DNA from: Lama guanicoe
Lineage: Eukaryota
NCBI GenBank assembly: GCA_013239625.1
Contig: MU053559.1
Coordinates: 806,001 to 870,000 of the forward strand
Direction of reading: 5' to 3'
Length of the DNA: 64,000 nt
In this document: in pieces, positions 15,892 to 26,431 of the stretch
How the letters are laid out: every line of letters starts with the position of its first letter
Numbering within the stretch: position 1 is the first letter of the stretch
The notes under the pieces: generated by a model
Databases searched by the model: none
Told to the model about the DNA's origin: nothing
The model's input: the letters and a program-made list of their open reading frames with translations, nothing else
Position numbers and translations under genes: made by a program

Positions 15892-16021
15892 GAGGGTAGG
15901 GTATGGTTCAAGTGGTAGAGTGTATGCTTAACATGCACAAGATCCTGGGTTCAGAGAAGTACCTTTTCCAAAAATAAATAATACCCCACCACAAAAAGAA
16001 ACTTAAGGAAAAAAAACTTTT
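15892..16021 (+). mobile_element. tRNA-derived SINE whose tail resumes at 20946-20989
   Basis: A/B-box head; TSD AAAAGGAAATGGAC at 15878-15891 and 20990-21003. Confidence 0.8.
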
Positions 16022-16347
16022 AAAATATACTAAATTTTTACATAAGCAAAACAAAACAACAACCTACGGAATGGGAGAAAATTTTTGCAAATGAAACCAA
16101 CAAAGGCTTGATCTCCAGATATATAAGCAGCTCATACTACTTAATAAGAAAAAAACAAACAACCCAATCCAAAAATGGGCAGAAGACCTAAATAAGCAAT
16201 TCTCCAAGGAAGACATACAAATGATCAATAGGCATATGAAAACATGCTCAATATCAGTAATTATCAGATAAACGCAAATCAAAACTATGATGAGGTATCA
16301 CCTCACACCAGTCAGAATGGCCATCATTCAAAAGGCCACAAATGACA

Positions 16348-16821
16348 CTGTAAATGTTAATGGACTAAATGCTCCAGTCAAAAGACATAGAGTGGCAGAC
16401 TGGATAATAAAGCAAGAACCTTCAATATGCTGCATACAAGAGATCCACTTTAGGGAGAAGGACATATATAGATTGAGAGTGAAAGGATGGAAAAGGATAT
16501 TCCATGCAAATGGAAAAGCCAAAAAATCGGTGTTGCAGTACTGATTTCAGACAAAATAGACTTTAAAACAAAGGCCATAAAGAAAGATAAAGAAGGACAT
16601 TTTATAATGATTAAAGGAGTGATACAAGATGAGGATATTACACTCGTTAATATATATGCACCCAATATAGGAGCACCTAAGTACATACAAGAATTACTAA
16701 CAGAGATAAAGGGCGATATTGATGGGAATACAATCATAGTTGGAGATTTTAACACTGCATTAACATCACTAGACAGATCTTCCAGACAGAAAATAAACAA
16801 GGCAACAGAGAAATTAAATAC
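16348..16821 (+). mobile_element. Young L1 ORF2 endonuclease domain running into the gap
   Basis: VNVNGLNAPVKRHRVADWI..CCIQE..; GVAVLISDKIDFK..NIYAPN..IIVGDFNT. Confidence 0.9.
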
Positions 16822-17228
16822 NNNNNNNNNNNNNNNNNNNNNNNNNNNNNNNNNNNNNNNNNNNNNNNNNNNNNNNNNNNNNNNNNNNNNNNNNNNNNNN
16901 NNNNNNNNNNNNNNNNNNNNNNNNNNNNNNNNNNNNNNNNNNNNNNNNNNNNNNNNNNNNNNNNNNNNNNNNNNNNNNNNNNNNNNNNNNNNNNNNNNNN
17001 NNNNNNNNNNNNNNNNNNNNNNNNNNNNNNNNNNNNNNNNNNNNNNNNNNNNNNNNNNNNNNNNNNNNNNNNNNNNNNNNNNNNNNNNNNNNNNNNNNNN
17101 NNNNNNNNNNNNNNNNNNNNNNNNNNNNNNNNNNNNNNNNNNNNNNNNNNNNNNNNNNNNNNNNNNNNNNNNNNNNNNNNNNNNNNNNNNNNNNNNNNNN
17201 NNNNNNNNNNNNNNNNNNNNNNNNNNNN
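16822..17228. other. Assembly gap (407 N)
   Basis: Run of N. Confidence 1.
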
Positions 17229-18050
17229 ATATTTAGGTTATTTCCATACCTTGGCTATTGTGAATTATGCTGCAGTGACTGTGGGAGTGTAGATAATCTT
17301 TTCAAAATAGTGATTTTGTTTCCTTTGGAAATATACCCAGAAGTGGGATTTTTGGATCATATGGTAGTTCTATTATTTTTTTAACATTTTTAAATTGAGT
17401 TATAGTCATTTTACAATGTTGTGTCAATTTCCAGTGTAGAGCACAATTTTTCAGTGATACATGAACATACATATATTCATTGTCACATTTTTTTTCACTG
17501 TGAGCTATCACAAGATCTTGCACACACCTCCCTGTGCTACACAGTATAATCTTGTTTATCTATTCTACATATGCCTGTCAGTATCTACAAATTTCGAACT
17601 CTCATTCTGTCCCTTCCCACCCCTGGTAGTTCGATTTTTAATTTCTTGAGGAAACGCCATACTGTTTTCTACAGTGGCTGTACCAATTTCCATTCCCACC
17701 ACCAGTGTGAGAAGGTTCCCTTTCCTCCACATCCTAGCCAACATTTGTTATTTGTGTTCTTTTTGATGATGGCCATTCGGACAGGTGTGAGGTGATGTTA
17801 TGGTTTTGATTTGTATTTCCCTGTTGGTTAATGATGTTGAGCATCTTTTCATGCAAATGTTGGCTATTTGTATGTCTTCTTTGCTCTGTTTAGGTCTTTT
17901 GCCCATTTTAAAATTAGGTTGTTTGTTTTTCTGATATTGAGTTGTATGAATTCTTTATATATTTTAGATATTAACCCCTTATCAGTTATGTAGTTTGCAA
18001 ATGTTTTCTCCCAGTCTGTAGGAGGTCTTTTCATTTTGTTGATGGCTGTG
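17229..18050 (-). mobile_element. Older L1 ORF2 3' fragment with a nested younger L1 3' end (about 17375-17623)
   Basis: Reverse-strand L1 text; TGGTAGTTC(T/G)ATT repeated on both sides of the nested piece. Confidence 0.8.
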
Positions 18051-18059
18051 GTAGTTTGA

Positions 18060-18390
18060 GGTAGTTCTTCGTCTTTAAAATGGGGATTATAATAATAACC
18101 ACTCCAGAGGGTTATTGTAAAAATTCAAAGAGATAAAATACATAAAATGTCAAGAACATCATGCCTTGCTGGAAGGAGTGGTGTCTTGTCCACTCTGAAC
18201 AGGTGAGGATGGACAGTGGATGCTACAGTTAGCCTTGCTATTTTAGGGGTCACAGACCAGCATCTCCTTGAACCTTGTTATAAATACAGCATCTGCTGCC
18301 ACCCCAAACTAAACAGCAATATGCATCTTAACAAGATTGTCAGGTGCTCAGTGTGCACATCGTAGTTTAAAAAGCAATGGTCTAGAGGCC
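18060..18390. mobile_element. MIR core (about 18060-18170) and MER5-like hAT fragment (about 18240-18390)
   Basis: CTTCGTCTTTAAAATGGGGAT.ATAATA..AGGGTTATTGTAA.AATTCAA.GAGATAA; ..ATGCAT.TTAACAAGAT..CAGGTG..TGCACAT..AGTTT. Confidence 0.65.
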
Positions 18391-18994
18391 AAAGGGGTAT
18401 TAGAACTTGACATAGTGTTTCAGTTATATTCTATGTTGTTGGCTTCCCTGCTGCACAAAGGGAAAAACGGAGATTCGATTTGTAAGATGAAAGTGTTGAG
18501 GTTCAATACCTAAATCCTTTTTAAAAGATGGACTAATTTCTTAGGTCTGAAAAGCAATTGGACTGCAAAAAGGAACCTCTCTGTCCAAAACAAATACTCT
18601 ACGACAAACGGGCCATCTCGAGAAGAACACTCCTAAGTCTCCTTGCTAATTTTCAGGAGACACTTAATGACGAGGGAACATACCTGCCAGGCCAAGGAGT
18701 CCACAGAGCGTAGCTAAAATGCCGGCTGCTATGACCGAAGAAAGAGGCAGGTTGCTGAGTGGGTGTAGCTCAGAGAAGCCTCCTGTATTGAAATAGTACC
18801 CATTCAAGAATTTTAAATAACTATAGGAAAGACTTGTTCTGAGCTCTTAAGACTATTAGAGATTGCAAAGCTTTAGGTGACTGTAATTTGCCTGTTGTGG
18901 AATACATCACGTTTGGCTAATAGAGGAAGAAATGATAAAACTTCCTTCTAATACAATGTGCTAGACTCCCTGATGACTAAAGAATTGGTTCTGG

Positions 18995-19092
18995 TTAGAG
19001 TTCCGGCCAGGTAGCAAATAAAAATACAGAGAACTCAGTTAAATTTGAATTTCAGATAAACAGTAATTTTTTTAGTGTAAGTTCGTCCCATG
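18995..19092. mobile_element. MER33/MER53-like hAT fragment
   Basis: TAGCAAATAAAAATACAG..CAGTTAAATTTGAATTTCAGATAAACA..TTTTTTAGT.TAAGT..GTCCCA. Confidence 0.6.
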
Positions 19093-21030
19093 GGTTCCTT
19101 CAGTCCTGTGTGTTCTCTGGCAACCCTTGCTCCAGCCTATGGGGGGACACTAGATATTTACTTAGGATCTTACGGAAAGTTGTATCCAAAGGAAACTATG
19201 TCACCTCCATGCTTTCTCTGGGGACGTGCGTTTCTGGCAAGAAGATTACAGAGCTTATGTGTCTTAACCAACCTCAGAGATCATCAACTTTGTTTTTCTG
19301 GATTTCACAAAGCTTACGTCACTTGCCCAGGGCAACCGGCTGATTATTTCTGAAGCTACTTTTCCTCATATGAGTCATTTTGAATAATGTAATCTTGAAT
19401 CTCAAGGTACTAAATCTGATGTAGAAACTGTTCTTATAAATGGTCCAAAAGTAACAGGGGGTAGGGGGAAGTGACAAGCAAAACCAAGTAAGGGAAGTAA
19501 CAAAGCCAGGCATTGACCAGGGAGATGAATGTACTAAAATACTTCAAATATGACTTAAGTTAGAGTTGTCATAGTAGTTGAAGCATGTAAATTTTTTTCT
19601 GTTGAATTGAAGCTGTGGAACATGTTGATTTTTTTTTAAAAAAGTGTCATATTAATCAAATTACTCCAAATGTGTCATTGACTCATAGCATAAGAGACGC
19701 AAGAGATTTGTAATTAGAAAAAATATTACTGAACCATAAAAAATCTGTGTTGAACAAAAGTAAATACTGTTATCCTGGGATGTGTATAAAAGAGAGAAAA
19801 ACTTTAGCTTAAATGAGACCCGAGATACCAGGGAATAATTTGCAAAAGCAATTCTTAATACATACAAATCAGTTTAAGGGAAAGAAAGTAACAGGAGTCG
19901 CCTCCTGAAATTCCAACATTTTTGAGCCCTCTTCTGGCCACTAAATGGTGACAGAACATTCAGCACTAAATAACATCTGGAGAATAACAAAGGCACAAAA
20001 TAATAATAAATGTATTCGGGCTTTAAAAGAAAAATTACAGAGAAAAAAATGTGACAATGAGTGTGTATATGTCCATGAATGACTGAAAAATTGTTCTGAA
20101 CAATGGAATTTGACACAACATTGTAAAATGATTATAAATCAATAAAAATGTTAAAAAATAAAGTTCTTATAAAATTAAAAAAAAAGGCCACAAATGACAA
20201 ATGCTGGAGAGGCTGCGAAGCAAAGGGAACCCTCCTACACTGCTGGTGGGAATACAGTTTGGTGCAGCCACTGTGGAAAACAGTGTGGAGATTCCTCAAA
20301 AGACTAGTAATAGACTTACCATGTGACCCAGGAATCCCGCTCCTGGGCATATATTCAAAAGGAACCCTACTTCAAAAAGACACCTGCACCCCAATGTTCA
20401 TAACAGCACTATTTACAATAGCAAGGCATGGAAACAGCCTAAATGTCCATCAACAGATGACTGGATAAAGAAGAAGTGGTATATTTATAAAATGGAATAC
20501 TATTCAGCCATAAAAACGACAACATAACGCCATTTGCAGCAACATGGATGTTCCTGGAGAATGTCATTCTAAGTGATGTAAGCCAGAAAGAGAAAGAAAA
20601 GTACCATACGAGATCACTCATATGCAGAATCTGAAAAAAACATAAATACAAAACACGAAACAGACTCACAGACATAGAATACAAACTTGTGGTTACCAGG
20701 GGGATGGGGAGTGGGAAAGGACAGACTGGGATTTCAAAATGTAGAATAGATAAACAAGATTGTATTGTGTAGCACAGGGAAATATATACAGGATCTTGTG
20801 GTGGCTCACAGCGAAAGAGAATGTGACAATGAATGTATGGATGTTCGTGTATAACTGAAAAATTGTGCTCTACACTGGAATTTGACACAACATTGTAAAA
20901 TGACTATAACTCAATAAAAATATTTAAAAATATATTAAATTTTTAAAGAGTTAAAAAAAGGAGATGTAAATATATGAATATTTTTTTAAAAAAGGAAATG
21001 GACAAATGTATTAACAAAGGGGCTGAAAAG

Positions 21031-21200
21031 GGTGGGGGAGGGTATAGCTCAGTAGCAGCATGTGTGCTTAGCATGCACGAGGTCCTGGATTCAACCCCCA
21101 GTACCTCCATTAACAAACAAACAAACAAACAAACAAACCTACAAACCTAATTATCCCCCACCCAAAGTAAAAATAAATACTTTATAAAAATACATTAAAC
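21031..21200 (+). mobile_element. tRNA-Ala-derived SINE
   Basis: A/B boxes, (AAAC)n tail, TSD-like AAAGGGGCT(G/A)AAAAG. Confidence 0.85.
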
Positions 21201-22103
21201 AAAAAGAAAGGGGCTAAAAAGGAATTTGACTGTACTATGGGAATTACCTAACAACGTAATTCCTATTCCATGGTCTATTTATACTTGGTTGGTATTGTTG
21301 TATCATCAACAAAATCAGCTAATAGACATTTAAAGGCATTCAGCTCTCACTATGCCTACCAAAGAGATGAACTTATTCAAAACACGTTAAAGAAATATAT
21401 TGTCAGCAGAATTCTTTCCAGGCCACTGCCAAGTTAAGCACTGGAAGTTTTCCCAAACCAACTTTAACAGGAACTGCTGGCAGTTGGATTTCATAGAAGC
21501 AATGCTTGTATAAGGTAAGAGGTTTTGTCTACTTATGGTGTGTATGATGTCAGGATGGCCTGATGTTTCCTCTCTTCAAAAAGCCAGTGCTCAGGCAATG
21601 GTCAAGGTTCTCTTAATAAACATAATTTCCATGTTGGGGATACAAGAGCATATTGAATCAGACAGCAAAAGTCAATTTATTTTGACTGTCATTTAGGAAT
21701 TATGCAAATGTTTACAGATTTCTATAAACTATCATATATCCCATCATCCTTAATCCCATGGACACATAGAGCAAATGAATCAAACTCTAAAGAAACTCAT
21801 TGGCCAAGATTGAGCAACCAGTTAGGGTTAAAAAGGCCTACAGCTTTATCACTAGCTTGTTAAAAATTAGAACAACCCTTGCCACCAAGCATGAAATCAC
21901 TCTTTTTGAATTTATGTTGAGCAGACCTATGAATTTTGGTCTGAGACTACGTCCTGTGCCTAGTTTAACTGAATCTTCTCATAATCATATCCAATTCTTA
22001 AAAGGTTTCTATCTTTCCCAGAAACCCTGAGACATAAAATCATAAGAAGCTGGAAGGAACCCCTGGAAAAGGTCAGCCCCTCTATCAAAAAGGAGATTTC
22101 ATC

Positions 22104-22637
22104 TGAAAGTAGCTCTTTTGTCCCTTTCCTGTTTACCCATTTCTGCCCCTTTTTAATCTGAAAATAAGATCACTAAGCAATTGAAACTAACTCTTGACTT
22201 ATGCTCTCCTGAATACACACCATGCCTTGCCTAACCTGTTGATTCTTTTCCTAGGTAAAAAAGGAGTGAGAATGAAGAATTAAGCAGTTAAAGAATGACT
22301 AGATCTCTATCCCCAACAGCCCCCTTAGCAATCTTGCAGGCAGATCACATGGGCAAGACAATATCGGAAGAGAGAGTCAACCAGTCTGTGCGCAATGGAG
22401 AATGATGCTGAAACCAACCTCCTGCGTCAATGAGTCACTGAGATTCTTCCCCCTATTTTTCCCTTTAAAAACTGTCATGGCCGAGCAGAATCTTGGGAGT
22501 TGGTCTCTGGACATGAGTCCACCATCTTCCCAGATTGCTGGCTTTTCTGGTTAAAGTATCTTTTTCCTTTCTACTGACACTTGCCTCTTGATTATTTGTT
22601 TTTTAATGGTGAGCTGCCAAACCTGAGTTTGGTAACA
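22104..22637 (+). mobile_element. Solo ERV LTR inserted in the provirus integrase
   Basis: TG...GGTAACA termini with 4-bp TSD CATC. Confidence 0.75.
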
Positions 22638-22867
22638 CATCTACATTAAAGTGTCCCAGGGAAAGAAAGGCTGTCATCACACTGGGAGGGACCTTTCAAA
22701 TGCTGATTACTCATATGAGCTATCCAAGTTAAAAAAAAATACAGTTGGATTCATGCTTTCCCTGTGAATCCACCCCAGGAGGGCTGGACTGTTATTCCCA
22801 CAAAGGACTTGAATCTTTAGTTCCCTAGAGTGATTTATATTGGTACTGAGCTCAAGTGAAAGGAGGT

Positions 22868-23562
22868 TGAAGGGCAGTAGAATGTGTCACCCCAAAATAT
22901 GCCACTTTGGCTTAGGGATTATTTCGAGCTGAAGGCAATTGAGAAGAAGCAGGTACAAGAAAAGTTCTCTGCCCTCCCATTTGCCTAAAAGCAAGATATA
23001 AATTTTCAAAGGTGTCCCTCTTCTTCTCCCTACCAGGAAGGACAAAAGTTAATCACAGGAAGAGGGGAGAGCATAGCTCAAGTGGCAGAGTGTGTGCTTA
23101 GTATGTACCAGGTCCTGGGTTCAATCCCCAGTACCTCCATTAAAAATAATTAAGTAAACCTAATTACCTCCCCCCAAAAACAAAATTTAAAAACATTTTT
23201 AAAGGTTAATCATGGAAGACAACTCTAGACCCAATCAGCCTGGAGATGGCACCTACATAACAAACTTTACCAATTGGCCTCTATCTACCATTAGTCACCT
23301 CCCATATGTTTACCGTCCTGCAGTATGCTGCCCTTGGAAGCCTAAAACCACTTTCCTTTGTCCTGTCATTTCTCCATCTATATAAGCTGGAATTCTAAGC
23401 CACCACTTTGAGTTACTCATTTTTTCCTTGGGTATCTCCCAAAGATACATGAGATATACAAGTTAGTAAACTTGTTTTCTCTTATTAATTTGTCTTTTAC
23501 TAAAGGGGTTCTCACCAAGAACTTAGAAGGGTAAAAGGAAAATTATTTTTCCCTCCCCTACA
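22868..23562 (+). mobile_element. MER34-like solo LTR containing a SINE (about 23062-23200)
   Basis: TG..CACCCCAAAATATGCCACTTTGG...TTTTCCCTCCCCTACA; near-TSD AGGT/AAGT. Confidence 0.7.
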
Positions 23563-25594
23563 AAGTACTCTAGCAAACTTATTACTATTCTCATAGACTG
23601 CCTTGCTGTCCCAGTCACAGTAGGGTTATTTCAGTTACTTAAGAATCACATTTTACTGGAAAACAAACATGTTATTTGTTACATAGCTTTCTTCCCCTGT
23701 ACTCCAAGTAGTGGTCTCCACAATTACATGTTTCTGATCAGCTCCATATTGTATTCCCAGAATAGACATGATCTGGATTAGTAATTCCAACAGCCTAGTT
23801 GCTGGCAGAGTGAAGGTGGAACCATCTTCATTAGTAATTTTTGATAACACCAAAGTAAAGGAACTAATATGCATCAGGATGCTGAAGCCCTAAATTTGAC
23901 ACAAAAGTGTTCTGTTAACTAGTTTGATTGGAAAGATCCTTATACAGGAAAGAATTCTAACTATACTACAATCAAGAGAATTGTAGGGGTAATCCTACTA
24001 ATGAAGGTGAAAGGTTCTCTCACCTTTACTATGGTAGGGGTGATGTTCAATAGACCTACTGATAGCTGTAAAGACAGTGATGGTAAATTACATCACCCAA
24101 ACTGGTAGAAATCCTATCAACAGACCCCTCAAGAGATATATTAAAGAGATCTTCCTGCTACATTTGGAATGTGGCAATGTCCTGAGCCTACTTTAATAGC
24201 CCTCAGGATTATAGGTGGATGGTTTCTCTTAATATATCTGAGGCAAGTATCACTCTTCACAACCAGACATATATCCCTTGAACCCTCCCATTATGGAGCC
24301 TGTTTAAGGGGCCTGTTTGGGGTCCACACAAGGGCAAAGGAGGCTTATTAGAATACAGTCCTGGAAGGAATAGGAACAGGCACAGGTATAGCTAACTCTT
24401 TTGAGAGTGAGGCCTTAAATAATAAACTTAGTGCTTTGGGATAATTACAAAAACACAGAATACAATTGCGAACTGTAGGGAATCACATCATGCAACATGT
24501 TTAAAAGCCATGGGAGCACAAGTAGAATGGAAACTGAGAAAATTCTGGAATTGGACTGTTTGGAATAACTTCTTAATGATGGAGCAAAAAAATCACCCCA
24601 AAGGTCTCAGAGCCACTCATCTGTACAGGCCAGGAGCAGTTCGCTATCAAATAGCACTAGGATAGCATCACTAGTTTGGAGTTTTAGCACTGTTCATATT
24701 CAAGGGAACAAACAGATATTGGACTATATGAGAAGGGACAGAAGGATGGTATTTTTAAAAAGCATCTCATTAGTAGACAAACAGAAATCTGGCATTTATA
24801 GATAAAGACTGCAGAAGATGGAATTACATCATTGGATTAATTTTAGTATGCAAGTTCTCTCCAGTTCCAGTACGGATAAACAAAAGTAGATGCCTATTAT
24901 TCATGGAGGTTTGTGTGCCTGTTATTGACTTGGACCAGTGCAAGCCAACGGCCCACAGGCTGGGTTTTTCCTCAAGACTTAAAAGCAAATACATTAAGCA
25001 CTGGAAGTTCAATCTGTACCCTTCAAAGAGTGCCTCGTAATAGCATACTACAAATGACCACCAGTGTCTTTGTGTTTTGCATCTGGGAAATATTATTTGG
25101 GGAGACAGAACAATTACTGCAGGGCTAAATTATGTACTTGTGATGGTAATTACTGAGTGACAGGAATTCAGGAGAAATTCTCTGGATCTCATAAGAAAAA
25201 AAAAACCCTAATTAAAACCCCCTTAGGCTTGGACTGGGTAAGACTTCACAAGGAATTACAAAATAATACTTAAATAACGAATCACTTGAAAGAGTAAGCA
25301 ATAGAGACAACACAATAGTTTGTGAAAGTAACATATGAGGAACGGAGAATTTTTGTACATTGCTAATCAAGAATGTGCTTTAACCGCTGGTAAGACACAT
25401 TTATAGGCTTTTTTTTCCCCAATGCAAATATTATGCTGACTTTGAAAATTTACCCTGTGGTAATTTTCATAACTGCTTTGCTTTGCTACTGGATGGACCT
25501 ACTGTGTATTTAGGTGGCTGCAGACTGCCCAGAGAAAGATAGAAAGGGCAATGGAGATAATTAGAAAATTATAATGTTATTATAAAAGGGAAAT

Positions 25595-26431
25595 TGTAAG
25601 GATAAAAAAATGGAACTTTCCCTGTTGCCAAAAGAGAGAGACCTTTACCCTCTTCCTTTCCTTGAGAAAACTGGTATCAGTAAATCCTTCCTCTGCCCCT
25701 TTGATATGTAAGTAAATCTTTTAAAAGAGTAAATAAGCCTTTTGTCAGCATGACCACCCAGGAATGTTTTTCTTAAGGGCCTGGGAGCCATCCTCTTGAA
25801 ATGTAAACATCAAGGAAGATAGGGCCCTATCTCCCCATCACTCTGCCTAGGCGCCTGGCTCTAAACTGTAAGTACCTGCTTGTCATAGAGACAGATGTTT
25901 GATTTTGCCTTTAGATAAAGGCAATGAACTGGCACAGACGGCCACTCCAATTACCAGGTGAACTAAGGATGACTATGTAAGAGTGTAGATAGAGCGAACT
26001 GTCCCGTAAAGTCCTCTTGCAGGAGAACTTATAAGTTGGTAAGTTATCATTTATCTTGAGAACAAGCATCTAATGGATGCTAGGTGCTCCACCACATAGA
26101 AGGGTGAGAGTTCTTCCTGTCTTTGCAATCTCTTCAGCTAATTGCTTATGGTGCGCGTTGTGGTCCGGTTTAATGCTTAGTCAATAACAAAACTATTTTC
26201 TTTCTATTTTATGTTCGTAGAAATTTCCTGGGCTGCCAAGAGATTTTATTTTTAATTTTTTCTGGAATGTGCAACCACGCTGACTCTGGCTACTGCTTTT
26301 TCTGTGAGCAGTCAAGTCTCCCATCACTGACTCGGGAGTCTCATGATCTCGGCCAACATACTTGAAAGTGTGGCAAGCCAGCTTGTTAGTTTAAGGAGGG
26401 TAAAATCTCAGCCCCTTCAAAGTTCTTGACA
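25595..26431 (+). mobile_element. Proviral 3' LTR (MER31/MER67-like)
   Basis: Preceded by purine tract AAAAGGGAAAT; runs TGTAAG...GGGTAAAATCTCAG..AGTTCTTGACA. Confidence 0.7.

Larger units (their letters stand above)
16041..20926 (+). mobile_element. 5'-truncated L1 (16041-16347 plus 20182-20926), split by a further insertion
   Basis: ORF2 reads continuously across the split; TSD AAAATATA(C/T)TAAATTTTTA at 16022-16040 and 20927-20945. Confidence 0.85.
13700..26431 (+). mobile_element. Decayed class-I-like provirus (pol, env, 3' LTR), 5' part missing, many nested insertions
   Basis: RT start (TPILPIRK..FIQELREVNKAV..VPNP) about 13780-13930; YVDDLL about 14570; RNase H (IHCRVH..ISKGNDFTDRAAK) about 15710-15790; integrase (QLDFIE) 21480-21900; env remnant 23600-25560; purine tract then LTR at 25595. 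Confidence 0.8.

Noticed and set aside
16287..16544. Apparently permuted L1 ORF2 (C-terminus fused to endonuclease)
   Set aside because: Explained by a nested insertion with an 18-bp TSD
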